Positions 14,901-29,543 of a stretch of DNA of 64,000 nt are shown piece after piece. The position numbers were made by a program, and so were the translations under genes. A model generated the notes under the pieces. The model was not told where the DNA came from and did not search any database. It worked only from the letters and a program-made list of their open reading frames with translations. The stretch comes from the human T2T-CHM13v2.0 reference genome, Homo sapiens. Location of the stretch: NCBI RefSeq assembly GCF_009914755.1, contig NC_060934.1; one strand, 5' to 3'. Numbering within the stretch: the stretch's first letter is position 1; every line of letters begins with the position of its first letter.

Positions 14901-15519
14901 AAAAATGTGTTTAGGTAGAAGGTCCTCCTAAATAAGAAGGAAGGGTCTGGAAAGCTGTTATCTGGGTTGTATTACAACTTTGTGTTTTTTTCTCTCTTAT
15001 TAAATAATACTCAAGACAAACACTTTTATAAGTAGGATCTTGATTATTGAGGCAAGAAGTATAATCTTAAGCAGTGAGAATGGGGGAAATTGGAACACAT
15101 TGTTATTCCCATAGGATCAGCATAGATTTCCGTAATGTCCAAATTACCTTGCCATTTCTTTCATTTCCCAAAAAAAGCTCTTTAGTGTCAATTTTCCATC
15201 AAAAAAAAATCTTTGGAAGAAGTGAGTATTTCCACATTCTGCTATGCCTTAGGGCATCAGCTGTGCCCAAACTCATGCTTGTAAGGCTGAATGGTCACTC
15301 TGCTTTTGATGTCTCTATTTGAAAAAGCCTACAAATCCAAAGAAAGCATGCCCCCATTGGCATAGTCTCTGTTGTGCAAAGGAGACTTTCAGAGCTTTAG
15401 GCTCCATCTGTCATGATCATTTTTCAAACAGACTATTTTTTAGATCAGTTTTATGTTTGCAGCATCAAGATCACTTTTTTTTTTGGCTGGTTTACTCCTA
15501 CTCAAATTGTTTCTGGCTC

Positions 15520-15857
15520 TCTGGGATGACCAGTTTCTCAAGGAAAGAAACCTCCTCTGACCACCATATCATCCTCCCAACTATATCTTTTCATATACGT
15601 TAATAGCACTCTATCTTTCCTTCATAGTACTTACTGTAGTTTGTAGTAATACATTTGATACAATTATTTCATTCGTATACATCTTCCTCACCAGCCTAGG
15701 GAAGGGACACTGATTGTTCACCATCATATCCCAGTATCTAGCACAGTGCCTAAGGGATAGGAGGGGCTCAGTAAATATCTCTTGCAAGGATGTTGTTAAA
15801 TTGTAAACTCTGCCAAGGCCTTTATGTTGAATGAATGAATGAACGAATGAATGAATG
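15520..15857 (+). mobile_element. L2 3' end with (GAAT)n tail
   Basis: ctagcacagtgcct...ggctcagtaaatat...(tgaa)n. Confidence 0.7.
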
Positions 15858-16522
15858 CCTCTAACTCTTCATAAAATAAACACTTTTTGGAAAAAATTGC
15901 TCATGGCAGACGTCAGATGTAACCACACTGATAACTGGAAAGAAAAATGAATTTAGATGGGTTTTAGAGATAGAACAATGTTTCTAATATTCAAGCAGTC
16001 CATAAATCCCTTATACTTAATGTTAAAATTCAGGATATGATACCTAAAGAAAGGTTTTACTGTACCTGGATCAAGGCACCTACCAACTTTTTCTCTACTC
16101 ATAGGCAAAGTCACTACCCTGTTTAAGGAGGTCTTTGGACGTTTCCATCTCAAGAAACAGCTCTTCAATCTCTCCCTTGTATTCCACCTTCCAGAACCAC
16201 CCAGAAATTCCAGTAAAGTCTTATTGACCTGATTGTCTGTCCTCTTCGCTGAGTTCCTTTTGAATGCAGCAAATTGCTGTGCCCTTTTCTGACTTCCATT
16301 TCACTTTTATCCAGCTTCATAGGAGCTTAGGCCCCTGCTTGTTGAGGAGGGTGTTCAGTTAGTGCTGAGACTACCTGAATAGGTCTGGTTCTAGCTACTC
16401 ACAACTCAGAGAGGTAGTGAATGCTAGGAGGTAGGAAGAAGGACATTCAACCAGAATACTAAAATTGCATTTAGATAGTCCAGAAATTAGACAGTTGGCA
16501 CAGCATTAGAATTCCCCATTTA

Positions 16523-16772
16523 TCCTTACAATAGTTTGCTGAGAATGATGGTTGGGAATTGAACAATGAGAACACTTGGACACAGGAAGAGGAACATCAC
16601 ACACCGGGGCCTGTTGTGGGGTGGGGAGAGCGGGGAGGGATAGCATTAGGAGATATACCTAATGTAAATGACAAGTTAATGGGTACAGCACACCAACATG
16701 GCACGTGTATACATATGTAACAAACCTGCACGTTGTGCACATGTACCCTAGAACTTAAAGTATAATAAAAAA

Positions 16773-16806
<34 letters not shown>
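16523..16806 (+). mobile_element. Short 5'-inverted L1PA (PA5/6-like) 3' end with (TG)n(TA)n tail
   Basis: 31-nt inverted ORF2 segment followed by the 3' UTR; 15-bp TSD agaattccccaYtta. Confidence 0.9.
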
Positions 16807-17810
16807 AGAATTCCCCACTTAATATTTATACATCCAAAAACTGACAAAAATAATGTCTGAACTCATGTCTGACATTCAGATTCCTCCGCCCAAAGGCAAT
16901 AAATAAAATAATACTAAGATGTAAAGGCAAACCTTGTCTTCTGTCATGATCTACAGATGGCACAAATAATAGACATTTTCCCGAATAATGGCGTCTGATT
17001 TTCAAGCAATGCTTAGCCAATTGTAGATTTGGGCAGAAAAAGTTTGTACCAAGCATTTGAGCTGGAAAAGGCAGATATTTTTCTTGACCTCACTTTTCCT
17101 AAAGTTCACAACTTCTGCTACTTAAATGAGTATCTCATCTCTAAGTGTGTGAAGTAACAGATGATGTATCTGTTTTTCATCCTCAAAGAGTTAACTTGAT
17201 AAAATAAGTACAGCTAAGGACAAACACAAACACAAAATGAGAAAACTTCATGCAGTATGTTTTGTGTTTTGTAAAGGGTGCCAATGGCATGGAGCCATCT
17301 GATTCTGTTGCAGTCTTTGGCAACACGGCCCATTTAAATTCAAGTTAGGATCTGAGTGTTTGGGTAAACAGAATAAGCTAAGAATGAGTGGCAGACATAT
17401 TTCCTCAAATCCCATCTGATACAGGTTTAGATCCAGATTTTGTCATTTGACTAACTCCTTCCTTTTTTAGATGATTTGGATTTGCCTTTTTTTCTTATAA
17501 TAAAAGTCATAATGCCAACCACTTTAAGAGTTCTTTTGCTGCTCTTTTTTGTTGCTATCTTTTTGTAACTAATAGGACACGTGTAAGACTATAATACAAA
17601 CAGGAGTCCTAGCATGTAATGGCTTTAGCAATTTGTGCAATATCCCTCTTTTTGTCCTTCCTGCATATTTTCTCCCTAGAAAGCAGCCAAGAATTGGTGT
17701 TCAGAGGGTGATGCTCTGATGGTGAGCAGATCTACAGTTTGCCTAACAGTTTATTTAAGCCAAATTTATAGTTTCTGAAGCGCTAGAAGGCTGCTGTCCA
17801 AGGGGACTAC

Positions 17811-18104
<294 letters not shown>

Positions 18105-18299
18105 AGGGACTACTTATTAACTGGCCATTTAAAATGAAATGAAACAAGGTCCTCAATTGCTAACGATTAAGGGGAGAGGAGTGTAAATTCAGCTATTGTC
18201 TTGTCTTCAGGCAGCAGGAAATTAAGGGATTGGTAACTGTTATTTGTAATAGTAATTGATGTCACAAAAGGAGTTTTGAGAACAGGGAGTTTAGGAAAA

Positions 18300-18680
18300 A
18301 AATTGATCTCCTTTTATTTTTAGTCTGTTAATATTTAATGTAATATTTGATACAGTTCGATTTAGATTTACTGTTCTTTGATCTATTTTTATTTTTTGCC
18401 TTTTTTGTTGTTCTCTTTCTTCTCTCCTGCCTTCTTTTATATTGTTTAATTTTTTTTCTAAATTTCATTGTAATTTATCTATTAGCTTTTTAACTATATC
18501 TTTTGGCATTATTTTTACAAAGTTGCTCTAGGGATTACAATATACATCCTTAAATACTCACCATCTACTTCATGGAAATTACTGTAACCTTACAAATGTA
18601 TAAATCGATTTTACCCTTGTTCATCCCATTATAATGTATATTATAAGCCTCATACAATGGTATGATTTTTACTTTTTCTC
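18300..18680 (-). mobile_element. Old L1M fragment
   Basis: T-rich antisense L1-like sequence, including gttgctctagggattacaatatacatc. Confidence 0.55.
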
Positions 18681-19079
18681 TGCGTTGTTTCTAGTTAACT
18701 ATATGTGCTATCAAAGTGAGACCCCATTTATCTTTTAATCTGTTTCTGATTGTTTTTCCAGTGTCTACTTAACTGAGACTCTTACAGGTAATTTTGTAGG
18801 ATACTAGGTGTTTTAGATGGCAAATATAAAGATTGTGTTTGTGTATGTGTATGTGTTTATATGTGAGGGCCAATCTATTGAAAAGAAACACTGCAGAATA
18901 CTAAAGCAAAATTGAAACCATTTAGAGTTTGTAGTTGTTTTATTTTAAAAGCTAACCTTGTAAGTACTTAGTCTTTCAAAAAATAATTTTAACTTCTATG
19001 TTTTATTTTTCTATTTTAATTTTTCCTGGGCCTTGCCTCCCAATCCTCTCACCTTCCCTTTCTTCTGTGTGACCTATAG

Positions 19080-19237
19080 ATTCAGAAATTCCTTTCTGGG
19101 ATAATTTCTGGCACTGCTTTGGAGATGGAGCCCCTGAAAATTGGCTATGGACCAAATGGATTCCCACTCTTGGGGATCTCTAGGTCATCATCACCATCTG
19201 AACAGCTCTGAGAGAGACAAGAAGTGGAATGGAGAAG
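19080..19237 (+). other. FAS: Candidate upstream alternative exon of FAS
   Basis: Long pyrimidine tract with ctcac branch-like motif, tatag| acceptor and AAG|gtgatt donor; phase-compatible with exon 2 (see findings). Confidence 0.55.
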
Positions 19238-19570
19238 GTGATTAGGTAATCCAAGAATTGCCAGGCGAACAATTGTGAAAATCTTTCATAGAGTTCCCGA
19301 TGAAAACAACTCTTTCTTGTTAGCCATTATCTCTGCCTTTCCTTTCTAAAGAAAAACACGTCATTTCATCTTGATTATCAGTTTCTCAAGTACTCATGGA
19401 TGTGAGGCCAGGTACCCTGTCACCTTGGCTCTGTTTGGGATGCAATGTTGTGTTTGTCACCACTTCCCATTCCCCAAAAGCATCTTTAACATAGACCATT
19501 CATTCTTCAGATTCAAAATGCTTAAGCTGAACTAACCTCAAAGGGCCCTCATTAATTTACAGACATTTGA

Positions 19571-20018
<448 letters not shown>

Positions 20019-20397
20019 TAAATACATGTCTCCAGAGCTTTAAATTCTTCTTAAATTTTAAAACTAGAACTAAACCAGACATTGAGAGGACCCAGAAATA
20101 TACCCTGACTAACGTGGGTGGAATTTCATTTGGCTTGACTCTTTGGTGAAAAAAAAAAAAATCAGGCTCTCAAGGACTCAATTTGGTGAACCAATGCCAA
20201 ATAGAAAAATGTTCTTGACATTTTCCCCAAAATAGATGTCTAAAGATTTTGCACTTCAAATTGGTACTTTATGTATTAAAAGTGATATTGAAACTAAATT
20301 CCTACCCAATTAGTTGAAAAATATGAAAAAAGCAATTGCTAGAGAATGCAATTTATTAAATGTTGGTGGTCTTTTAAAAAATGAATTCCTCTTGTAG

Positions 20398-20562
<165 letters not shown>

Positions 20563-21998
20563 TAAGTAATACAAACATTTCTGTGAATTCCACCAGATCA
20601 TTGACTTTGGCATAGTTCACTTAAGACTTTGTTTGATAAAATAAATCTCTTTCACTCTAATTAGGAAGCATTTTTGGGATCCTGATTAATGCTCTAATAT
20701 TGTGGGGCCAAAAAATATGTGGAACGTGGCCCTGCAGTTAGATGAGCTGAGATCACTATAGTACTATATAGCGCTCTAAATCCTAAATGCTAGATCACTG
20801 TAATACTGTACAGATCAGCCACTTGCTGGCTTGTGACTCTGGGCCATTTACTTCACCTCTCAAAAGGCATATTTAAAGTGAGGAAAATAATAAGTTTATT
20901 TTGGAAATTCAGTTAGATGATGCAAATTGTTTACTGTAATTTCTAGCATGTAGTTCGTGCTCCATGCATTTAACTGTTATTACAGGTTGTATTAGTATCA
21001 CATTAAATTACCCACTGAAGTGAAAGTGAAACCAGAATGCTGTCAACGATTAAAAAAAAAAAAACTCTCAAGCAAGAGCAAACAATGATACTGCCTCTAC
21101 ATTTTCCAAATCTTTGAATGCTTGGCTATTTTAAGGTTTGTGAGGAAAAGATTGCTAAATTTATACAAAAGGAAGGAGATAAATCAGAGGCGGAAGAAAC
21201 CGTGTACAGAGCAGCGTGTGCATTTGAATGAGGTATTAGCTCCATGCAGAAAAATTAGTTGAGAAGGACAATAGTACTGTCATACTTTTTAAAAACTGAA
21301 AGTACCTGAAAGTGTTTGTTTTTTTCTTATTACAGACTAGACATAATAACAATTTTCCTGTCATTCCTGCTTTCCCAGTTCTCCAATACGTAAAGAATCA
21401 GGTGGAACAGTAGAGATGGTACAGGAAGGGGCATGGAGAGCAAAGGGAACTATCAGCAAATAAATGTGTGGGCTCTGGGCTTAGGAAAATGGGGCCCTGA
21501 CTACTTTTCCACTGGATCGTAAGTTCCATGAGAGTAGGATTTTTTTTTTTCAATGTTGGTCAATGCTGCGCCTCCAGGTCATAAAACAGTGCCTGGCACA
21601 TATTGGCCTCTTAATAAATATTCGAGAATTAAAGAAAGGCCACAAACCAGGAGATACTTGACAGAGCAGGAGGTGACTTGGTGACTTGAGCTTTTGAGGC
21701 TCACCTCCATTGAATCTGTCCTCTATGCTTAGATTCGGGGAGTTTTTAGTGCACTATCAGTATACAGTACTACTCCCATTGTGTTATACCATAATACTAT
21801 GCAGTGAGATTAATAGAAGCCAAATTTCTTTCCTCTTCATTTGGCTGACAAATTAATTGTCACCAAAATCTGATGTCTCTTTCAAGTTTGAGGCAAGGTC
21901 AAATGACCCAGCCACTGAATCTTATGTCCCATCCCGATTAGGACCCAACCATACATTACTATTATCAATTAATTATAGTGATAATATAATGTGTAATA

Positions 21999-22221
21999 CA
22001 GGGGTGTCCAATCTTTTAGCTTCCCTGGGCCACATTGGAAGACTAAGAATTGTCTTGGGCCACACATAAAATACACTAACACTAACTATAGCTGATGAGC
22101 TAAAAAAAAAATCGCCAAAAATCTCATAATGTTTTAAGAAAGTTTACGAATTCGTGTTGGGCTGCATTCAAAGCCATCCTGGGCTGCATGTGGCCCACGG
22201 GCCGTGGGTTGGACAAGGTTG
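21999..22221 (+). mobile_element. MER30 hAT DNA transposon
   Basis: caggggtgtccaatc...ttggacaaggttg; 8-bp TSD gtgtaata/gtataata. Confidence 0.9.
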
Positions 22222-22942
22222 GTATAATAGATAACATATAATTAATATATTGATATTATCACAAATGCCAGAGTAAACAAGGGGAAACTATTTAGTCTCT
22301 AACAAAAGGATTGATAGGCCAAGGAAAATATATTGGTTCATTATGAGGATCACGGAAAATGGAGAAAATTAGTACATTAATTACATTTGAATAGTCCTTC
22401 CATTGTACTGAACTAATTCAAGTGTTTTGACCCTAAAATTTTGTAGTTCTATAGCAAAAACCCACTTCCTTTCCACTAAATTGAAAATGACTAACATATC
22501 TCTAATGTACCCTGAACATAATCAGCAGCAATTCAATGATATTGTGTTATTTTAAAATACACACCAACTATTGAGACAGATGATTATAATTTTAAATTAA
22601 CAAAATTGTATTCATAATTAAGAAGCTATGATAGAAATAAAGTGTTGAACAGAATTTCTTGAAAGTATTTTTACTAAATAAAACCAAATGTAAAGGTCCA
22701 GGTGCTGGGTAGAGTTGAAGTTTGAAAATTGAATAAAATAATTCTTTCATTAAATATTATTAGAGCTTCTTAGAGGCTCAAACCAATGCTGATGTTTGTA
22801 GAGAAGTTGCATTGTGCTTGAGATCCTTATATCTGGTGAAGGTAATTTTTGCCCACATTCCCCAGATTCCTTTAGATTAGCAGCAAAATGTATGCCTACA
22901 TATCCCAAAGGAGAAGCTTATTTTCTGCTATTTTGACATCTA

Positions 22943-24319
<1,377 letters not shown>

Positions 24320-27039
24320 AAAATTTAAGATAAGCTCTTGACTGTCCTTTTCACATAAGTGGGTGAAGTTGAGAAAACATAACTGTGAATACATTTGTTG
24401 TACTCTGCTCAGCCTTTCATCACCCCTGCTCTGACCTGTTGGAAAGTGGTAAGAGAGAGAAAAGATTCTGTTCTATTGAAAGCCAATCTCAATGGAAAGA
24501 AGTGACAACCAGTCAGGCTCATGCTGAGAGATGGGTCTAGTCATGAGCCAGGCTCAGTTCATTTGCACCACGGCTCCAGCTCACCCTACTTCAGGGAACT
24601 GAAGATGTCTAGGTGTCTGGGTCACCCTGAGAGGGGGAGTTTATTAAAATGAATCCTCTCTTCTACAAATTCATGCTAAATTGTTCCACGTCTAATGGTA
24701 ATTTCTCCAAAAAGCCTTCTATGACACCTGAAGCTATTAGAAGCAACCTTCCTTATTCTTTCTGTCCTTGAATTTGATCTCTTCTCTATTATTATTATTA
24801 TATTATTATTATTAATAGGAACTAATATTCATCAAGAATTTACTGTTTCTGGCACTGCATAGCATCTTTTCTATGAATTACCTCCTTTCATCCTCCTAAT
24901 AAGCATATAAAGTTTATTCTGTTAATATTTGTTTTATAAATCAGAAAACTGAAAGCTCAGAAAACCTTTTTATGTTTAAAAACACTGTCCACTGCCTGAA
25001 ACACTGAAAACAAAATGGATAAAAATTAAGTACAATTAAAATTATAGATTCTTTAGCTTCTACTAAGCTGGTTTTAATGGGTTATGATGTTGTGTATGAG
25101 CGTAGGGATCTGGGGAGGAGAGATAAGGAAGGGAAGAAAGTGAGTACTGAGACAAAAAAGCAGAAAAAAAAAAATGAGGTCAGCGAGTTTCCCGGCTCTG
25201 CCGCAGGGTGCCTTGCCAGCCTTGGCTCCTAGGAAGGGAAGACTTGTGGCTCACCACAGACCAGATTCCTGCTGACTTCAAAGAGAGACGTTCACAAGGA
25301 GAAGATGCCAGCATTCAGGACAGATGAGAGTCTGGCCAAATAATTGTCAGGAACCCTTAAAATGTAGGCTACTCATCTTGGGATGATTTTAAACAGTAAT
25401 AAGTGTAGGCAGCAATAACCCTAATGAAGTATGGGGAAAGAGAATGTGAGAGTCTCACACTAGGGCTGTTCTCTCTCACTCTCCCTCTCTTTTAATTGTT
25501 AATGATGCCTTTTTTTTTTTAACAAGTCTACATAACCTGAGAGATGGGGCGAGAACAGCATAAATGCCATGGTTTTGATCCTCCTATCAAAAATCAGGAC
25601 AAAATCTAAACTCAATTCGATCAGAAAAGGTTACATGTGCTTGACTGTATAATTTGCTAGCCATTTGTTTAGTCCTGACTCTCTAATCAAATGCCAGGAG
25701 GATCCAGAGAGCAACAGCAAAGGTCATTTCTAGTGCCTGTGTCCTCACCACACACCTCCTCACACATGTGTAAAGCACCTACAAAGGCTTTGGGGTAGAT
25801 CCTGGCAAAATGGAATAATAGAAGATATAGTTCTTACGTTCAAAGAGCTTCCAAGCTATTTATGGAGCTTGACAGATGCAGAAAAAGGCAACGCTAATTT
25901 GCAAAGTCTGTAGTTTCAGAAGATGGCCAGCTGAGCCGAAAGATAAAGTGGACTTCTTTCCACTTGAAATTTTATTTCATTTATTAATTTTTAAGTTTTG
26001 TTCACCACTTCTACTTTTCCCACCCTTCTGGTCTGGACAGAAATGAAATAGTTCAGTTTTAGGCACGATAAGAATTCAAGGTGGTGAGTGGAACATGAGC
26101 AGGAATTAAACATAATGCACTTTAAATGTACAACTAAGAAGTCAGGGCATGAGGTATAGATTTGAAGAGCATCTGGGAAGAGGTGATGGTTGACACTTCA
26201 GGCCTTCTTTGAAGCTAGGGGACCTGAGGACTGAGGAGAGCACATTAGCAAGCATCAGGACGCTGAACATAACCACAGTGGAGGTGACAGGGAAGCAACA
26301 GCCAGGGATAAATAAGAGCCAGAACTGTGGTGTCTGGTGAGCCAAAAGAGAGACGCATTTCACAGGCAAAGAGAGGCCAGGCCTGATGCTTATAATTACT
26401 CTAATTTGTCATCCCCAGTAATCTGTAGAGTCCAGGAAGGCAAGGAATGTTCTTATCCTGCCTACTGCTATTCCCTGAGGCCTAACACAGTCCATGGTAC
26501 AAAGTAGGTACTCGTAAGTATTCGTTTAGTTAAGGAAAATTGTTGGGATCTTAGACTTAAGCTCAAAGCCTCCATTCAAAGAAAGTGGCCAAAATGTCCC
26601 CCCTCTGGAGCAAGTTGCATTCTGATTAGGAATGAGACTCGAGCCATATAAAGTCAAGTACAGTTACAAGGCAATGATAAGAAAGAATGAGATAGCTCAA
26701 TTCCAAATGAATCTGGATTTATCTGATATGTAAATTTAAAAAGAGAGAGATAATTTTCCCAGACTCCAAATGCCAAATCAGTTTCACTCCCTCCTCAAAA
26801 GTGCTGAGAAAGTTCTAAATTTGGAAAGGTCACAAAGGGATAAAGTGAGTCAGAGGAGGCTTTGGTTTGCCTTATATGAAAAGTGGGATTTGGACTATGG
26901 AGGAATAGGGTCCTTCCAGAGGGGATGTTTGAATGACAGAGTAGGAACAGGGCATGGGGAGGCCAACTGCGAGGAAGTCAGCACAAGCAAAGGGCAGGCC
27001 CAGCAATATCCAAGAGAGAGCGGGGCCAGTCCACAGGGT

Positions 27040-27260
27040 GTTCAGTGTGGAGCCTCCAGACCTGTGTCCTAACTCGAGCTCTGCCACATACTAGCTGTGT
27101 GCAAATTAGTTAAACTCACCTAACCTATGTTTCTTAATCTGTAAAATGAGGATAATATTAGATGTTAAGATTAGGTGAGGATCAAATGAGACATTGTGTG
27201 CATAAAGCACTTTTCCTGTGCAGTTAAACCCTTGATAAATATTAGCCACTTATTAACCAT
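27040..27260 (+). mobile_element. MIR SINE
   Basis: ctctgccacatactagctgtgtg...tttcttaatctgtaaaatgaggataata. Confidence 0.7.
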
Positions 27261-29359
27261 CGGGTTAAGAGAGAAATGACTTTTTTTTTTTAAAGAACTG
27301 GCCATTGCTTTATCTTCCATCGTCGTGATTTATACTTTTTAACTATATTCACACCAGGAAAAGTTGATAGTAAATTTCATTTTGGGTGAGGTCTAGACTA
27401 GTATCCGTGGAAAGGAAGGCAAATTGAAGAGGTATGATCCTAGGACAGAGGAAGAACCAAGGTCAAAACAGGGACATTTCCCAATTCAATCCAACAGCTG
27501 CTTTGTTAACAGTGCCACAAGCAGTGGGGTGGGCAGAGTGGGAGACGCATCATATCCTGGGAAGGGAACACTGTAGGGAGGGAGAGAGAGGCTGGATGGG
27601 GGAAACGGTAGATAAAAGATTGGGCAAAGTAATTTAGTCCCAGTCCCAGATACTACGTGTTTCAGTCTGTGCTCGTGGGTATGTAAAGGTTTCAGATGGG
27701 CTTTCCATGAAAAACAGCAATGAGGCAAACCGTCCCATTCACTAAAAAGACAGGAATTATCATGATACTGTGCAAAGAGCCCAGGCTTTAGAGTCAAGCA
27801 AATCTTGATACCTTTACTTGACACATGAACTTGATCGAGTTACCTCTATGTGAATCAGGAAAGTTATTCTTTCCCTGTAGGTGTGGGTATGAGAATTAAA
27901 TAAGTTAGTATATATAAAAGGGTCTAACACATAGTGAGTGCTTGATTAACTGGTATGTGTTAGTTCAAGAAGGCAGTATGTTGTTATATGCGAGAAGCAA
28001 TTGCTTTGGTTCAAACCCCAGCTCTACAGCTTACTGGTTGGGTGACTACTGCAAGATCCTCAAGTGCTTGGGCCCATGTTTGTTTCACCTATATCGTGCA
28101 CACAATAAGAAGACCTACCTCCCAAGATTTTTATGAGCATTGAATGAAATCATATTTATAAAACCCACTAAATGGTACCTGGCTCATATTAAGTGATCTA
28201 AATGAAGAGGTATTATCATTAAGAAGCAATTAAAAGTTGCATGTGTATGAAGTTAACAGCTTTTAACATAAAAGACAATGGATTATTTGGTAAGAGATCT
28301 CACCGAGCTTAAATGTGTTTTTTTCTTTTTTTTTTTGAAATGAGGAAAGGAAGACATAAATGGCAGAATATGTGGTACAGAACTGTAAGATACATGTCCC
28401 ACGACAGAAATAAAAAAGGCAGAGATTCACTGAGGGGGGAATTCATGGACATTTATGGTCACATTATCCTGATTGGCTGAGGGAGTCAGCAGGCTTCTAG
28501 CCAGTTTTCTTGCTGTTCACAGAAATAAAAGCTCAGTGTCTTTGAAAATGAACTAAGTTTTTTTTTCTTTTTCTTGATAGGAAAATGTATTTATGTAGTC
28601 AAGTAACACTTGTTTCTGCTAAGTAAAAATTCAGCCTAAGCAGTGTAATATGAAGCTAAATGGAGACTGGATACAAATATGTTTATAATGAGATTACTGA
28701 ATTTGTTGATTTCCCTACATTTCCCATCTACTACCACTAAAGAAATGCTGTAATAATAATATAACTGGCCAAAGTGGTAAAAGTGGGGTTAATTGGTCCT
28801 TATCTGTTTGAGGTAAACAACCGAACTGATGAGTGGTTTCCCTGAGCAAAGACTCTTGCTACTTCATGTGTCCTTTCCAGAACGTGGCATCAACATCACA
28901 TGGGAGCTGGTGAGAAATTCATAACCTCATACTTAGACCTACCGAATCAGAATCTTAATCTTAATAATATTGACAGGTAGTTTATATCCATATTGAGGTT
29001 TGAAATGCACTGAGTTAGAGTGTGGAGTTATGGCCACACTGTCTTAATTAGATTATCTTTATTTCAATCCAATTTGCATGGCTATGTGAGCTATGATTCT
29101 TAGAGGAGTGAACATAAACAGTAAAAATTCTTACTTAGCAGACTTACCCAGTGCAAGAAAGAGTTCCCTTATCTCACTGTATTATGATCTTAGTCAATAT
29201 GACCCGGAATTTAAGAAAATAATATGACAAGAGTATGGTTTTAATCAACCGGAAACCATGTGTTCAACAGAACAACAAAACAAGAAGGCTTTGTACTTAC
29301 TTAGGGAGTTTACATCTTGATGATAAGGCCACTGAGATAACTAAAGAGGAAATGGATTC

Positions 29360-29505
29360 AGCATAGGCTTTGGAAGTTCACTTCTGTTACCTAGTAACTG
29401 TGTGACTTTGGGCAAGTCTTTCCAAGTTTCTTTTCTATAAAATAGGATGGTAACAGGACCTACTTTACAGGGAGTTGTAAAGTTTAGATAAGTTAACAGG
29501 TTATG
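29360..29505 (+). mobile_element. MIR SINE followed by a poly(A)/(CA)n microsatellite (29507-29551)
   Basis: ctgtgtgactttgggcaagtc...ctataaaataggatgg. Confidence 0.65.
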
Positions 29506-29512
29506 CAAAAAA

Positions 29513-29543
<31 letters not shown>

